A stretch of DNA of 30,283 nucleotides from a virus. Taxonomy: Duplodnaviria; Caudoviricetes. The stretch covers positions 1 through 30,283 of IMG/VR virus record IMGVR_UViG_3300006736_000053; one strand, 5' to 3'. Of this stretch, positions 1 through 12,000 are shown in pieces (the first letter of the stretch is position 1; the number at the start of each line of letters is the position of its first letter). The notes beneath the pieces are model-generated. The model did not search any database and had not been told where the DNA came from. It worked only from the letters and a program-made list of their open reading frames with translations. The translations under genes and the position numbers were made by a program.

Positions 1-2
1 CT

Positions 3-2435
3 CAACCAGTATTTCCAAAAAATGGCCCACACAAAGATTTACTTGATTTAACTCTTCGCACAGCCCTAGAACCGGTTGAGGTGGCCTTTGTCTCAGATAT
101 TAAATCATTTAAAAACAAAGCTGCACTACTTGACGCATCCCAAGTTATGCCCAATCCAGAAAATAAAGAGGCACCAATTGAAATTAATAAAGGTGAATTT
201 GATTTTGCAGCTTTGAAAATAAAACCAACATATGCTGATGTATTAATGGCGCAAATCCACACTGTAAAGTTAGACCAACCAACGTTGGTCACAAATGAAA
301 ACGATTTTGTTTCTACATACGAAATTACGCGTGGAGAAGCTGAAAACGTAACTAAAACGGTTAACAAAGTGATACCATTAGCTAATGGCAATAGTTTGTT
401 TTTTGTACAAAACGATATTAACGAAGAATCTATAGATTTGGTCATGGCGTGCGAAATTAGCCCAACAGACGGTATTGTCTTCACTCGCTATGGAATTGTC
501 GCACAAGAATTGCTTGAAAAAGCAGAATTAGATATCCAAGCCGGGATAGTTTCCCCCAATAATGATTATTTAGACAAATATAGAAATACGCTTTGGGGCT
601 CATTCGGGGATTTACATACTCTTCCTAGTAATATTATTAGAGAGTTACACACAGCGCTCCAAAGAAACATTCATGGCGTATTATTGCAACACAATATAGG
701 TGTTATCAGTGGTCCTGCGTTTTTGCAGATGGTAGAACTTTTAATTCCAAAAACAGTTTGGGATAAAGAATGTAATTTAGATCCAAAAGCTGGTCGAATC
801 GACCACACACCACTTCTTGTTCAAAAGGCTGTAACCGACAGCCTTGCTGAAATTTGTCCGAACCCTGCTTTTGCTACACCAGAAAACAATGATTTTGAAA
901 ACTCAGTAGAACAAAAATATGTTGATATTATGATTCGTCTATACATTGTAGATTTTGTTTTCAGAACTCTACCAATTATTAAATTTGCTTATTCTAGAGA
1001 TATGTTCGACAACGACTACGTTGCCGCAGCGATTACCGGGTATATGCGTACAGACCTTATTAATCGATCCAAAAAGAAAGTTTTTACCGGCAAGGGTGAA
1101 TTAAGTAAAAAAACATATTTTACAGAAGTAGTTCGAATTCTTCGTACTGATGAAGATGAGTCTGAAGATTCAATTGAGATTTTGACTAGACGTGTTAGAA
1201 AAGAATTAGCCACAATTAATGATAAGTTTATTGATATAGCTGAATTAGTTTTTGAAGATGATCCTGTGGCAATAGATTTTAACCATTCGGTGTTGGAACA
1301 GTTTGACAACATTCCAATTATTACAGACAATACTGAAGGTTATTTTTATGATTATAAAAACGCAACAGTACCCGGGTTTTTCGGAGAAACGACTGGAGAA
1401 ACGAGAATTAAAACAAGTAAGGCAATCAACCTGTATAAAACTTCGGTTGGTAACACTGGTTTAGAAATTGATGAGTATGATTGGTTCCACAAAGGTTTGA
1501 AAGACAGTCTTAATGTACAAGAACCATACAAATATTATGAGAAATTTAGTAATTTGTTCTTGGGTGCGTCTTTTGCGTATCAATATTTTACACAAACAAT
1601 CGATAATGATGGCAATATTATGGTATATCCATATGGAATCAACACAGATACATTCGATCCTGCGCTGACAATATCTTATGGAAGCAGACTAGTGATGGTG
1701 GTTTTAGATGACCACGCATCCAATTCTACAAAAATCTTTATGGACGCAGCCAAAACAGCCACATCACCAGAATTAAAACTTTACACAGTTAACGATTTAA
1801 ATGCCGCCCAAAAAGCAAAGTTAACAACGTCAGAGTTTTCCGCTGTTGATGTTAATAATGACGGGCCGGTTTTCTTACAACCATTGTTCGAATATACACA
1901 ACCCAACAAACCGGCAGAAAAAGAAGAATTATTAACTCAACTAATCGACACACCGGGTTTTTCGGAATATTTCTTGGATTATAAACACATTGATTTGGAA
2001 TTGTTTTGGTTTATGCATCTTTTGAATGTACATGAGTATGTTGGTGACGCCATGCCGTTATATGATAAGGTGTTTAATAATACTAAAGGCCTTTTGATGG
2101 AAAGCTTTTTCTCTGTAATACATTCCTCAGAGATTAGGAGTGACTTGGACGCGGGTGAGTCTTTATTAACCAAGCTGCAGGCTGCAGAGAATGATGTAAC
2201 GAATTTTGTACACGGTCTTAAACCAGATCTGCAAAGTATGTACGAAGAAACACCATTTTTGTTAATGAAGGGTGTTGCCGATTTAATTGATCCATTTTGG
2301 GAAGTTTTCCCAGCAACAATATTTGGTTTAGTAGCTAAAGCTTTGGATAACGATTTTAACAACAAAACACCAGAAGAACAACAAGCATTAGATGACAAAA
2401 AGAAAGATCTTAATTGTCCCGAAGAAACTAATTAA
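3..2435 (+). CDS. Large hypothetical protein, probably virion-associated; 5'-truncated
   Basis: The frame of the 81..2435 ORF is open back to position 3 (caa cca gta ttt...), so the GTG at 81 is probably internal. Acidic protein with no recognised motif, directly upstream of the gp25-like gene. Confidence 0.6.
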   Translation, partial: QPVFPKNGPHKDLLDLTLRTALEPVEVAFVSDIKSFKNKAALLDASQVMPNPENKEAPIEINKGEFDFAALKIKPTYADVLMAQIHTVKLDQPTLVTNENDFVSTYEITRGEAENVTKTVNKVIPLANGNSLFFVQNDINEESIDLVMACEISPTDGIVFTRYGIVAQELLEKAELDIQAGIVSPNNDYLDKYRNTLWGSFGDLHTLPSNIIRELHTALQRNIHGVLLQHNIGVISGPAFLQMVELLIPKTVWDKECNLDPKAGRIDHTPLLVQKAVTDSLAEICPNPAFATPENNDFENSVEQKYVDIMIRLYIVDFVFRTLPIIKFAYSRDMFDNDYVAAAITGYMRTDLINRSKKKVFTGKGELSKKTYFTEVVRILRTDEDESEDSIEILTRRVRKELATINDKFIDIAELVFEDDPVAIDFNHSVLEQFDNIPIITDNTEGYFYDYKNATVPGFFGETTGETRIKTSKAINLYKTSVGNTGLEIDEYDWFHKGLKDSLNVQEPYKYYEKFSNLFLGASFAYQYFTQTIDNDGNIMVYPYGINTDTFDPALTISYGSRLVMVVLDDHASNSTKIFMDAAKTATSPELKLYTVNDLNAAQKAKLTTSEFSAVDVNNDGPVFLQPLFEYTQPNKPAEKEELLTQLIDTPGFSEYFLDYKHIDLELFWFMHLLNVHEYVGDAMPLYDKVFNNTKGLLMESFFSVIHSSEIRSDLDAGESLLTKLQAAENDVTNFVHGLKPDLQSMYEETPFLLMKGVADLIDPFWEVFPATIFGLVAKALDNDFNNKTPEEQQALDDKKKDLNCPEETN
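2427..2434 (+). promoter_or_regulatory. Candidate phage late-promoter motif ACTAATTA
   Basis: ACTAATTA ends 7 nt before the ATG at 2442. The same octamer precedes the ATGs at 21788 and 29325. No clear SD before 2442. Confidence 0.45.
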
Positions 2436-2441
2436 GTAAGA

Positions 2442-2828
2442 ATGAGCGGATTATCAGTTAAATTACCAATTCAGATCGATTCAAATGACGGATACTCGTT
2501 AAATAAGAACTTCGTTGCGTTGATCAGACAAAATTTTAGAATGTTACTTCTTACCGTGCCCGGGGAACGTATTATGAACCCGGATTTTGGTGTGGGATTA
2601 AAACGTTATTTGTTTGAGCAAGATACAGACTCGTTAAAAGCAGAAATTTCTGGTAGAATTAATAGTCAGGTTTCCAAGTACATGGATTATATCGATGTTT
2701 TGAACATTAATATCGATACAGGCGATCCATCGATAAACGACACCGAATCGTATATATACTATATATCAATTCGGTTTTATGTCAAACCTCTTAATATTAC
2801 AGAAATTTTAAATTTGGAGATTAGCTAA
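2442..2828 (+). CDS. Baseplate wedge / sheath-initiation protein, T4 gp25 / P2 gpW-like
   Basis: 128 aa with the family motif LLLTVPGERIMNPDFGVGLKRYLFE, next to a baseplate J-like gene. Confidence 0.9.
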   Translation: MSGLSVKLPIQIDSNDGYSLNKNFVALIRQNFRMLLLTVPGERIMNPDFGVGLKRYLFEQDTDSLKAEISGRINSQVSKYMDYIDVLNINIDTGDPSINDTESYIYYISIRFYVKPLNITEILNLEIS

Positions 2829-4630
2829 TGGACAAAAAATTAGTCCCGATTAAATATACTAGTAGAGATTTTAATGCTATTAAACAAGATTTAGTAGAGT
2901 ACGCCAAGCGTTATTACCCGGATTCTTATAAAGATTTTTCTGAGGCAGGCTTCGGCGCATTGATGACAGACATGGTAGCCTATGTGGGCGATATCCTATC
3001 TTTTTACATGGATTATCAAACAAACGAAAGTTATCTAGATACCAGCGTCGAATATAATAACATCGTGCGCCACGGCGAATCACTGGGTCACAAATTTACC
3101 ACAAACCCTTCGTCACACGGAATTGTTGATATCTATGTATTAATTCCAGCCAATGCAAATGGAATTGGTGTTGATATTGATTATTACCCAATAATGAGAA
3201 AGGGTAGCACCTTCCGAACTAGTACTGGAAACAGTTTTGTTTTGTTAAACGATATTGATTTCAACGCAGTCGGCGTCGAGACAACTGTTGCGCGAGTATC
3301 TACCACAACCGGCGCACCAACCTATTATGCTCTCCGAGCCAAAGGTGTGGTTGTATCCGGCGCAGTTGCTAGAGCTTCAATCACAGTTGGTGATTTCGAA
3401 CGGTTCAAAAAAGTAAGAGTTCCCGGTAGTAATATTGCCGAAATCCTATCTGTCTCTGATTCTGATGGCCGTGACTATTTTGAAGTAAGATATTTATCGC
3501 AAGATGTTGTGTACGTGCCCGCAGTAAATCGCGGCGCAGATAAATCAACAGTTACTTCGGTACTTAAACCAGTTGTTGTACCTCGTAGGTTTGTAGTAAA
3601 ACGTGAGCTGGGAGATTTATATTTACAGTTTGGTCACGGATCGGAAGCCAGTCTGACAACAGACACCATTAAAGATCCATCAGAAGTTGTGTTGCAAAAA
3701 CATGGAAAAAATTATGTTACAGATGCAGAGTTTGACCCGTGGAATTTGTTATCGACAGAACAATTGGGTATAAGTCCATCTAGTACGACATTGGAAATTG
3801 CTTATAGAGTTAACACTAGTGGTAATGTAAACGCCGCAGCCGGAAGTATTAACTCGGTATCCGATGCCAAACTAGATTTTCCCGCAGCCGTAGAAGGCGC
3901 GGTACTCGCCCCGGGACACATTTCTATAATAATTAACTCAATTGAGGTTTCTAACGTAGACCCGGTTTTGGGAGATATAAGTTTACCGACACCCCAAGAG
4001 TTAAAATTCAGAATTCAGAATTCTTTTGCCGCTCAAAGTCGAGCCGTTACAGATAAAGACTATGAAAGTGTAATCTATAATATGCCGCCCGAATACGGCG
4101 CTGTCAAACGCGTAAAGATTGTACAGGATAAAGATTCGTTCAAACGTAACTTAAATATTTACATATTATCTGAAAATTTTGACACTACTTTTGCAACGTC
4201 AACAAGTACTTTGAAAAACAATTTAAAAGTTTGGCTCGCACAGTATAAAATGATAAATGATACAATCGACATACTCGACGGCCACATAATTAATTTGGGT
4301 GTTGAATTCGAACTAATCGCTAAAGAGAACAATAACAAACATAGAGTACACAATTTGGCAATCGCGACATTAAAAAACAAATTAGCTCAAAAAATGTATA
4401 TTGGTGAACCACTGGTTATAACAGATATATACCAAGCGCTGAATCGAGTAGATGGGGTTTCTGATACAACAAAAGTACGAATCTTTAAAAAGGATGGGAC
4501 AAGTTATTCTTCAAACCTTTTCGATGTTGACAGTAATTTTACTAGTGATGGACGTATGCTTCAGTGTCCCAAAAACGCCGTGTTTGAATTTAAATTTCCA
4601 GATGCAGATATCATAGGGGCAGTAAAATAA
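2828..4630 (+). CDS. Baseplate wedge subunit, T4 gp6 / baseplate J-like
   Basis: 600 aa. N-terminal YTSRDFNAIKQDL...DFSEAGFG...AYVGDILSFYMD and later AQSRAVTDKDYE, both typical of gp6/J. TAATG overlap with the upstream gene. Confidence 0.85.
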   Translation: MDKKLVPIKYTSRDFNAIKQDLVEYAKRYYPDSYKDFSEAGFGALMTDMVAYVGDILSFYMDYQTNESYLDTSVEYNNIVRHGESLGHKFTTNPSSHGIVDIYVLIPANANGIGVDIDYYPIMRKGSTFRTSTGNSFVLLNDIDFNAVGVETTVARVSTTTGAPTYYALRAKGVVVSGAVARASITVGDFERFKKVRVPGSNIAEILSVSDSDGRDYFEVRYLSQDVVYVPAVNRGADKSTVTSVLKPVVVPRRFVVKRELGDLYLQFGHGSEASLTTDTIKDPSEVVLQKHGKNYVTDAEFDPWNLLSTEQLGISPSSTTLEIAYRVNTSGNVNAAAGSINSVSDAKLDFPAAVEGAVLAPGHISIIINSIEVSNVDPVLGDISLPTPQELKFRIQNSFAAQSRAVTDKDYESVIYNMPPEYGAVKRVKIVQDKDSFKRNLNIYILSENFDTTFATSTSTLKNNLKVWLAQYKMINDTIDILDGHIINLGVEFELIAKENNNKHRVHNLAIATLKNKLAQKMYIGEPLVITDIYQALNRVDGVSDTTKVRIFKKDGTSYSSNLFDVDSNFTSDGRMLQCPKNAVFEFKFPDADIIGAVK

Positions 4631-6087
4631 TGGCTATTAAAAGATACGTAGCGAATAAAGACACAACAATAACAAATGCCTATAAACCCGGAATGTTGGT
4701 CCGAGGAACTGGTTCTAATATGGGTTTGGCAGACTCTATGGAAATATTTTCTATTTATGGCCAGCAATCAGCTACCTCATCAGAACTTTCTAGAGGATTA
4801 ATTCAATTCCAAGATAATGAAATTCAAACAGATCGAACTGCTGGAGATATCCCAGCGTCAGGCAGCGTAAACTTTTATCTTCGTCTTTTTAACGCAAAAC
4901 ACCCATTTACATTGCCCAAAAGTTATACTTTGGGTGTACACCCGGTTAACGCTAGTTGGGAAGAAGGCCATGGCGTCGATGTTGATGGATATACTCATCT
5001 TACATACGACACAGAAGGAGCTAGTTGGCTTCGCCGCCAAGCATCCACTTCATGGACAGACATTGGTGGAGATTACGATCACAATAGAGAGTTATTTGAT
5101 ACATTTGATACCGGTGAAGAAGATTTAGAAATTGATATTACAGAATGGGTAGAAGAGTGGTTAACTGGATCGATAGCTAACAACGGATTACTTCTTAAAC
5201 TGTCAGGCAGTCAAGAAGCCGCTTATACCGGTTCTGCAGACGGACTTCAAATTATAAACACCACCGGTTCTGTCACAAACTATTATACTAAAAAGTTCTT
5301 TTCCCGGGGCACCGAGTTTTGGTTTAAACGACCCGTAATTGAAGCCCGATGGGATTCGACAGTATTAGACGACCGGGGTAATTTTTATAGCAGTCATTCA
5401 GCCGCGCCTGCATCCTACAACGATAATACAATTTACATGTATAACTATTTTGGGAACTCACTGGTTAATATTCCAGACATTGGTACTGGTGCAATTTATG
5501 TAAGACTTTATGTTGCAGAAGAAAATGGAGCCAGTTTGACCACAATGGTAACCGGTGGGTATGTTTCTACCGGCATTTACTCTGCTACTTTAGCTTTGGC
5601 AGCAACAGCTAGTCAAGTATACGACCGGTGGTTTAATTCTGCAGAAACAGTTTGTTATCATACCGGTACGATTGATATTAAATTTGCTAAACCAAGCAAC
5701 GCTAATCCAGATCGATCATATATAACCAATATTACTAACTTAAAGCCTAATTACCATGCGCACGAAACTGCACGTTTCCGTGTGTACACGCGCAAAAAAG
5801 ATTGGAACCCGACTCTTTATAAAAAGGCCCGTAATAATGTATCTCGGAACCTTGTTGAAGTTGGTTATTACAGACTTAAACGCGTGATTGACGACTGCAC
5901 AGTTGTTGCATATGGCACAGGTTCAACGGCTCATACAAAATTGTCATATGATACCAGTGGTAGCTATTTTGATTTTGATATGAAAATGTTAGAACCGGGA
6001 TACATGTACGAAGTCGATTTTGTGTATGATATTAACGGCAGAAACGAGCAACAACCGGAACGTTTTAAATTTAGAGTAAAAGAGTAA
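4630..6087 (+). CDS. Virion/baseplate protein with N-terminal DNRLRE-like beta-sandwich domain
   Basis: 485 aa with the pattern KDTTI...SRGLIQF...WEEG...W..IGGD...DITEWVEEWL...NNGLLLK...FFSR...RPVIE. TAATG-coupled to the gp6-like gene. Confidence 0.6.
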   Translation: MAIKRYVANKDTTITNAYKPGMLVRGTGSNMGLADSMEIFSIYGQQSATSSELSRGLIQFQDNEIQTDRTAGDIPASGSVNFYLRLFNAKHPFTLPKSYTLGVHPVNASWEEGHGVDVDGYTHLTYDTEGASWLRRQASTSWTDIGGDYDHNRELFDTFDTGEEDLEIDITEWVEEWLTGSIANNGLLLKLSGSQEAAYTGSADGLQIINTTGSVTNYYTKKFFSRGTEFWFKRPVIEARWDSTVLDDRGNFYSSHSAAPASYNDNTIYMYNYFGNSLVNIPDIGTGAIYVRLYVAEENGASLTTMVTGGYVSTGIYSATLALAATASQVYDRWFNSAETVCYHTGTIDIKFAKPSNANPDRSYITNITNLKPNYHAHETARFRVYTRKKDWNPTLYKKARNNVSRNLVEVGYYRLKRVIDDCTVVAYGTGSTAHTKLSYDTSGSYFDFDMKMLEPGYMYEVDFVYDINGRNEQQPERFKFRVKE

Positions 6088-6092
6088 GTTAA

Positions 6093-9000
6093 ATGTCACT
6101 AAAGAATTTGTTTTCAAAAAAAGTACTCCCTGCTAGTTCTATCGATGATGTTGGGGACGAAGTTGAATCAAAAAGATTTGTTGACGCCAAAGAACAAAGT
6201 TTCGAAGAATATATCCCTCATGTTGATTATTCAAACCCAGCAAACTTTAGTTTTTATGGCTCAGCCCGCCAATATTATGAAGATGCCACTGAGCATATTC
6301 TAGTAACATATCCATATGACGGTTCTCGTACAGAAAGACTGGAATGGGAGCTTAGCGCATCCGCATTAGACTTATGGATTCTAGAAAACAAATGGCCAAG
6401 AACCGCAGGACACATCCAATTTGGGGCTGGTGTCGGTTGGGGCGATCAAACTTCTATATCTGATGGCTATGGTAATCCAGAAACCAAAGAATATATCTAT
6501 ATTAAAGGTGGTCCGAACGTTGATAATATCTTTGATCAAAGTAATTCTAGAGAATCAAACCTTAAACTTGACGGCGCAACTGGAAATACTGTAGAATTCT
6601 GGCTTAAAAAAGATGTAACACTTGAAGGCGGAACAACGAACAGGGAAGTTATATTCGATGTGTATAACACAGGAAGTTCAGAGGGTAATCCTGATTATGG
6701 TAGGTTTAGAGTAGAAGTCTCCGGTTCCGTACCGTTTCTAATATCATACGAGTCGGGTAGCGCGGGCTTTGTCGATGCGCAATTGGGCAGCGGTATTGGT
6801 GGAAACATGACCGATGGTGAATGGCACCATTATGCCATTGTAGCGTTTAATACAGGCAGCACAGTTGAAACAGTGCTTTACGTAGACGGCGAATACAACG
6901 ATTCTTTTACTAGTGGATCTGTTGTCAATTATTTAAGTGGAGCCATGGTAGCTACCATCGGCGCATTGGCAGCAGCACCAAGCGGTTCAGCCACACCCGG
7001 GTTGGGTTGGGGCAAAATGTCCGGTTCTTTGGACGAGTTCCGATTTTGGACCGCCAAACGAACAGCAAAAGAAATTGGTAGATATTATAGAACGCAGGTC
7101 GGCGGCGGCACAAACATTGATGAAGCTAATACCGCGTTGGGTGTATATTACAAATTTAATGAAGGAATAAGCGGGAATAGCACTACCGACGCGGTTGTTT
7201 TAGATTATTCTGGTCGCGTTTCAAACGGAGCGTGGACAGGTTATGCAAATGGGTTACGCCACACAGCCAGCGCGATGATCGATTCTCTGGCAGCAGAAAA
7301 CGAATTCTTAGATCCAATATTACGTTCTACAAACAACGAAGTTGTTACCCTCCGCGCGAACCTATATGAATCTGGAACAGCGCACGACATGCAAAACCCA
7401 GCTAGCTTATATGGCTCGGTACCAAGTTGGATTACTGAAGACGAATTCGAATTAGACGGTAAATCACTTAAAAAACTAGTACAAATTATGGCCAGTTATT
7501 TCGACACTGCGCAGCTTCAAATACGTGATATGCCTCATTTGAAAAACGCGGATTATTCTACCTCGTCTGCCGCACTATCTCCATTTAACGACCGTAATTT
7601 GATGCACCATGGTTTTAATACACAAGAATTGTTTGCAGATTCTACAGCTTTGGAAAGATATCTTAATCGTACAGAAACAGAATTATTTGAGGCGCAATTA
7701 GAAGATGCCAAACGTCGTATCTATGAGAATATTTACAACAACCTAACACATATTTATAAATCTAAAGGTACAGACAAAGCTTTTAGAAACTTATTACGTT
7801 GTTTCGGTATTAATAGTGATGTAGTTGATTTGGTTATTTATCCCAACAATACAGAATTTCGTATTGAAGATACATATACAACCCACGCACACAAAACAAA
7901 GTTTATTAACTTCAACGATGCCGATCGTCATGACTCGACAATTTATCAACAAACATCCAGTGCTGGCGATGCAGACCAAGGAAATTATTTATCTGCCTCG
8001 TTTGACGATGCTACTAGTTTCACAGTAGAAACACACATAATCTTTCCCAAAAAGGGCAGTCCTGCTGATACAAATTATTTAGATTACCGCCAGCACACAT
8101 CTTCTCTTTTTGGCATGCACACAGCCAGAGTAGACGAAGGAGATTTAGAATGGGCCACTAGCGATGATGCGACTTTCCAAGTACATGTTACTAGGGATGT
8201 TCTTACACACGACCCAATCTCGGGCCTAGGATTGACGGAGAGGGACGTACGCTTTGTATTTACATCTAGCGTAAACGGAATTCCGACACTTACTAGTGAC
8301 CTGTTTGCTGAAGTATATGATAATAATCGATGGGCAGTTTCTGTCAGCATGCGTCCTCAAGAATGGCCGTTTGCGGCAGAGGCCAACAACAATACAAATC
8401 AACCCTATATTGTAGAATTCTACGGTGTCAATGTAATACAAGACACTGTACAGAACAGTTTCTTTGTAACCGGTTCTGTACCGTATGCGTCAGGCTCAGC
8501 CTTTATGACTGCGCACAAACGTTTATATGCAGGCGCGCATTACCAAGACTTTACCGGCAGTTTGATTGACCAAACCGATGTTAAACTTGGACAGGTAGCT
8601 GCATGGTTAGATTACATACCAACAGGAACAGTGTTATATCACGCATATAACCCAGCACATTATGGCCGTCGCCAGCCTGATCAAAACGCGTATGTCTATG
8701 AAAACACTGGCGATATTTATATTCCACGAAACGACACTATAGCTCTTTTGTGGGATTTTAACAACATTACCGGCTCTGGTGAGAGCAGTGACGGACTCCC
8801 AACAACCAGTGATGCTACCTTCGTTGTTGACGACATGATTTCTGGTTCAGTAGCTACCGGCGCGCGTTATGGCTGGGTTGGAGATATTGTGAGTAAACAA
8901 TACCCGGGTAAGGGAGATTTATTCTTACCAAATGATGATGTTGCCAGCACAGAATATTTGCATGCGTTACGTATGTCGTTTCCGGAAGAATTACAAAACA

Positions 9001-12000
9001 CTAGTTTAATTAAAATCTTAGAACAAGACGATTTAGCTTTTACAAGAGATAGTCTACCAATCAATTACTTCTTTTCTTTAGAAAAAAGCATGCAACGCGT
9101 AATTTCACGTGAAATGATGAAGATGTTTGCTACGGTGAAAGACTTTAGTAATCTAATAGGTGAGCCTGTAAACAAATATCGTCATAGCTACAAAGCCATG
9201 GAAAAACTTCGTGTCCGCTTCTTCGAAACCGTAAACAACACACCCGATATGGAAACCTTCTTTACATTCTATCGATGGATTGACTCAGCAGTTTCACAAA
9301 TGGTTACAGAATTAGTACCGGCATCAGCGAGATTTTCTGATAAAATTGGAAATATCATTGAAAGTCACGTATTAGAGCGAAGCAAATATGTGCATAAATT
9401 CCCGACTCTAGAACTTAAAACGTCAGATCCTGAAGGTGGTTTGGTCGGTATTAACAGACACTTGTATAATTGGAAAGAAGGCCACGCGCCTTTAAGTGGT
9501 GAACAAAACGATAATGGTTATTGGTGGTGGCAGCAAGCTCGCCGTAATAACGAAACTTTTGAAGATACAGCAATTCACCAAGCACATCGAAAACTATATT
9601 TTAGTAGTTCTTTAGACGCATTAGAACGAAGTTGGACAACCCCATATAAATATTCTGCAGATGGCGAGACAATGTATAATCTCGTCGGTGGTGTAAATTA
9701 TCATAGAAACAAAAAACCTAATCTAGTAATCGATGAAGTAAGATCTGGTAAAACACTAACAATTAGCAGCCCCGCATATACGGCAGAACGTTCGGATAAT
9801 AATGATGAAGATTCTAAACGTGTTGCACCCAACAAAAAGTTTGCTGTACCGGTTAAACCTGATATTTTGGTGGCACAAATTAATCCAACTGGCCATGATG
9901 AATATTTACAAGGTAAGCATTTAATATTAGCGCCATTTAAAATTCAACCAATGCTTCAAGCCGACGCTGGCGGATATTCAGAACAAGTAATTTCGGGTTC
10001 TTTGGCTCAAGACAGAGAAATAGGACCGTATCAAATACCAAACATTGTTAATCTCCACAACAACGTCGCAGGCCATAATGAAGTACCGATGCAATCTCCG
10101 TTTACTAGAGAATATAATGGTGGTTGGACACATAGAAACCAAGATCATGAAACCCGATTAACCGTAGTTTCAGGTGATCCATTAGACGGTAGAATAGAAG
10201 CGTGGCATTTAGAATTAGTTGGTGGAACCGGCTCGTTTTCACAACCACACAACAGAATGGCAAAAACTAGATGGAATGGACCGTCTACACACGTTAACAT
10301 CAGAAATATTAAAACAGTTCAGTCAGCTTATCCGGAAATGGGCAACTATTCAAACCAGTATGAATTTTTCCAAACAACCGGTAGAAAATTCCAAAACAGA
10401 GCGTTTGTTAAAAGCGAAGGGTTCACATATCAAGCAGCAGAATCTCTATTTGTTTCTGGCATTATTGATTTTACATTGCCAGATCGTACCGGCAGCACAA
10501 ATCAACATATTTTCGTAGAAAGATTTTCAGCACCCGGTGGAGCAGAAGTACTTTCATTAGGTTTCCTAGACTTCATTTCGGGTGAGTATGCCGTTCACAA
10601 TGCATTACCATGGCGAAATTTAACAGTTAGAGAAGCTTTAAACTCTTGGCACGGCGACCACGCTAATCAATTTGGTTATTATTCAGATTACCGTACGGCA
10701 GAAGATTTCGAAAATGCTTCATGGAGCCCAACATATAATGGGTTTTCAGCATCAGCAACCGCCGCCAATTATGATGGAATGGCCAGTTATCATAAAGTTA
10801 ATCGTAACTCACAACATAGACTGTCATTAATTGATGAATTATCAGAAGACACTCAAATTGTACAGAAATATGATAATTGGTTTATTCAACACGCAATTCC
10901 AGCTAGTGATATTCAATATGCATGGATTACTGCTAGCGCAGAAACCTTCTTAGGATTTTCTACCAATAACCCGGTACCAAGTGCTTATGTCACAGGTTCT
11001 GGTATTGTGTTTAGTTCGCATTCACATGTTGAAACTAATGACGGGTTGTTACATGTAGATTACGTCGGATTGAATACTTTGATTCACCAGTCAATCCTTA
11101 CTGACAATATTACTTTAGCTGGGCCTTCTGGTTCACAAACGGATTTATCTGAATTTAATAATCCTACAATTGGTACATTAGAAGCTACACCTGAAGACCT
11201 TTTGAACGGTTTGATTAGTCATAGACAAGGCCCGTACGGTTGGCCAAGTTGGAAACAAATACGTCCGACACACAACGCGTTGGTAAGACACTTACGTAAA
11301 AACAACAAATTAGCCTTAGTAACTGGAAAACAATCAAAAAACACCAAGGGTATTGTTGAACAATCGGTTTCATTATATGATGAGCCTGCGGTAACTTTCC
11401 GCAATTTAGTTATGACTCACGAAATGAAAGTAGCCGATGAACAAGGTCGATTAAACGACTTCGAAATTGATCACACGTATGCTAATATGTTACAATCATT
11501 TGCCAATACAGAATTGGTTAATGGATTGAATACTCATATTTCACCAGATCAAACTGTATACGAAGATTTGAAGCAAATATATTTGGATGAAACAATTGAC
11601 GAAACAACACCACAGCTTTCAAAAATAACTTATCGTGATACAATTTATCCGCGAGAAATTAACGTCGGACTTGAAAATACAAGAGCCCGCACAAACTATG
11701 AAGTAACATGGTGGTCTGCCAGCGTAATTGACAGACAAGAGATTGATTTGGTAAATAGTTTTGGAGAGACAGTGACTAAAAGCAGTATCTGGCCTCTTGA
11801 CCCCCGCGCAAATTATACAACAACTAGCTCACACGCGTTTGCTGGTGAGGACGGCGCGGGATCGTTACTCAACATACACACAATTTATCACGGCGGCACC
11901 CCCGGAGATATGATTCCCGGGCCATTATATTGCCGACCATTTTCAGGCTCGTTTGTTGCTACAGGCGCTAACGTGCTTTGGAACGGCGCGTTTTGGGATC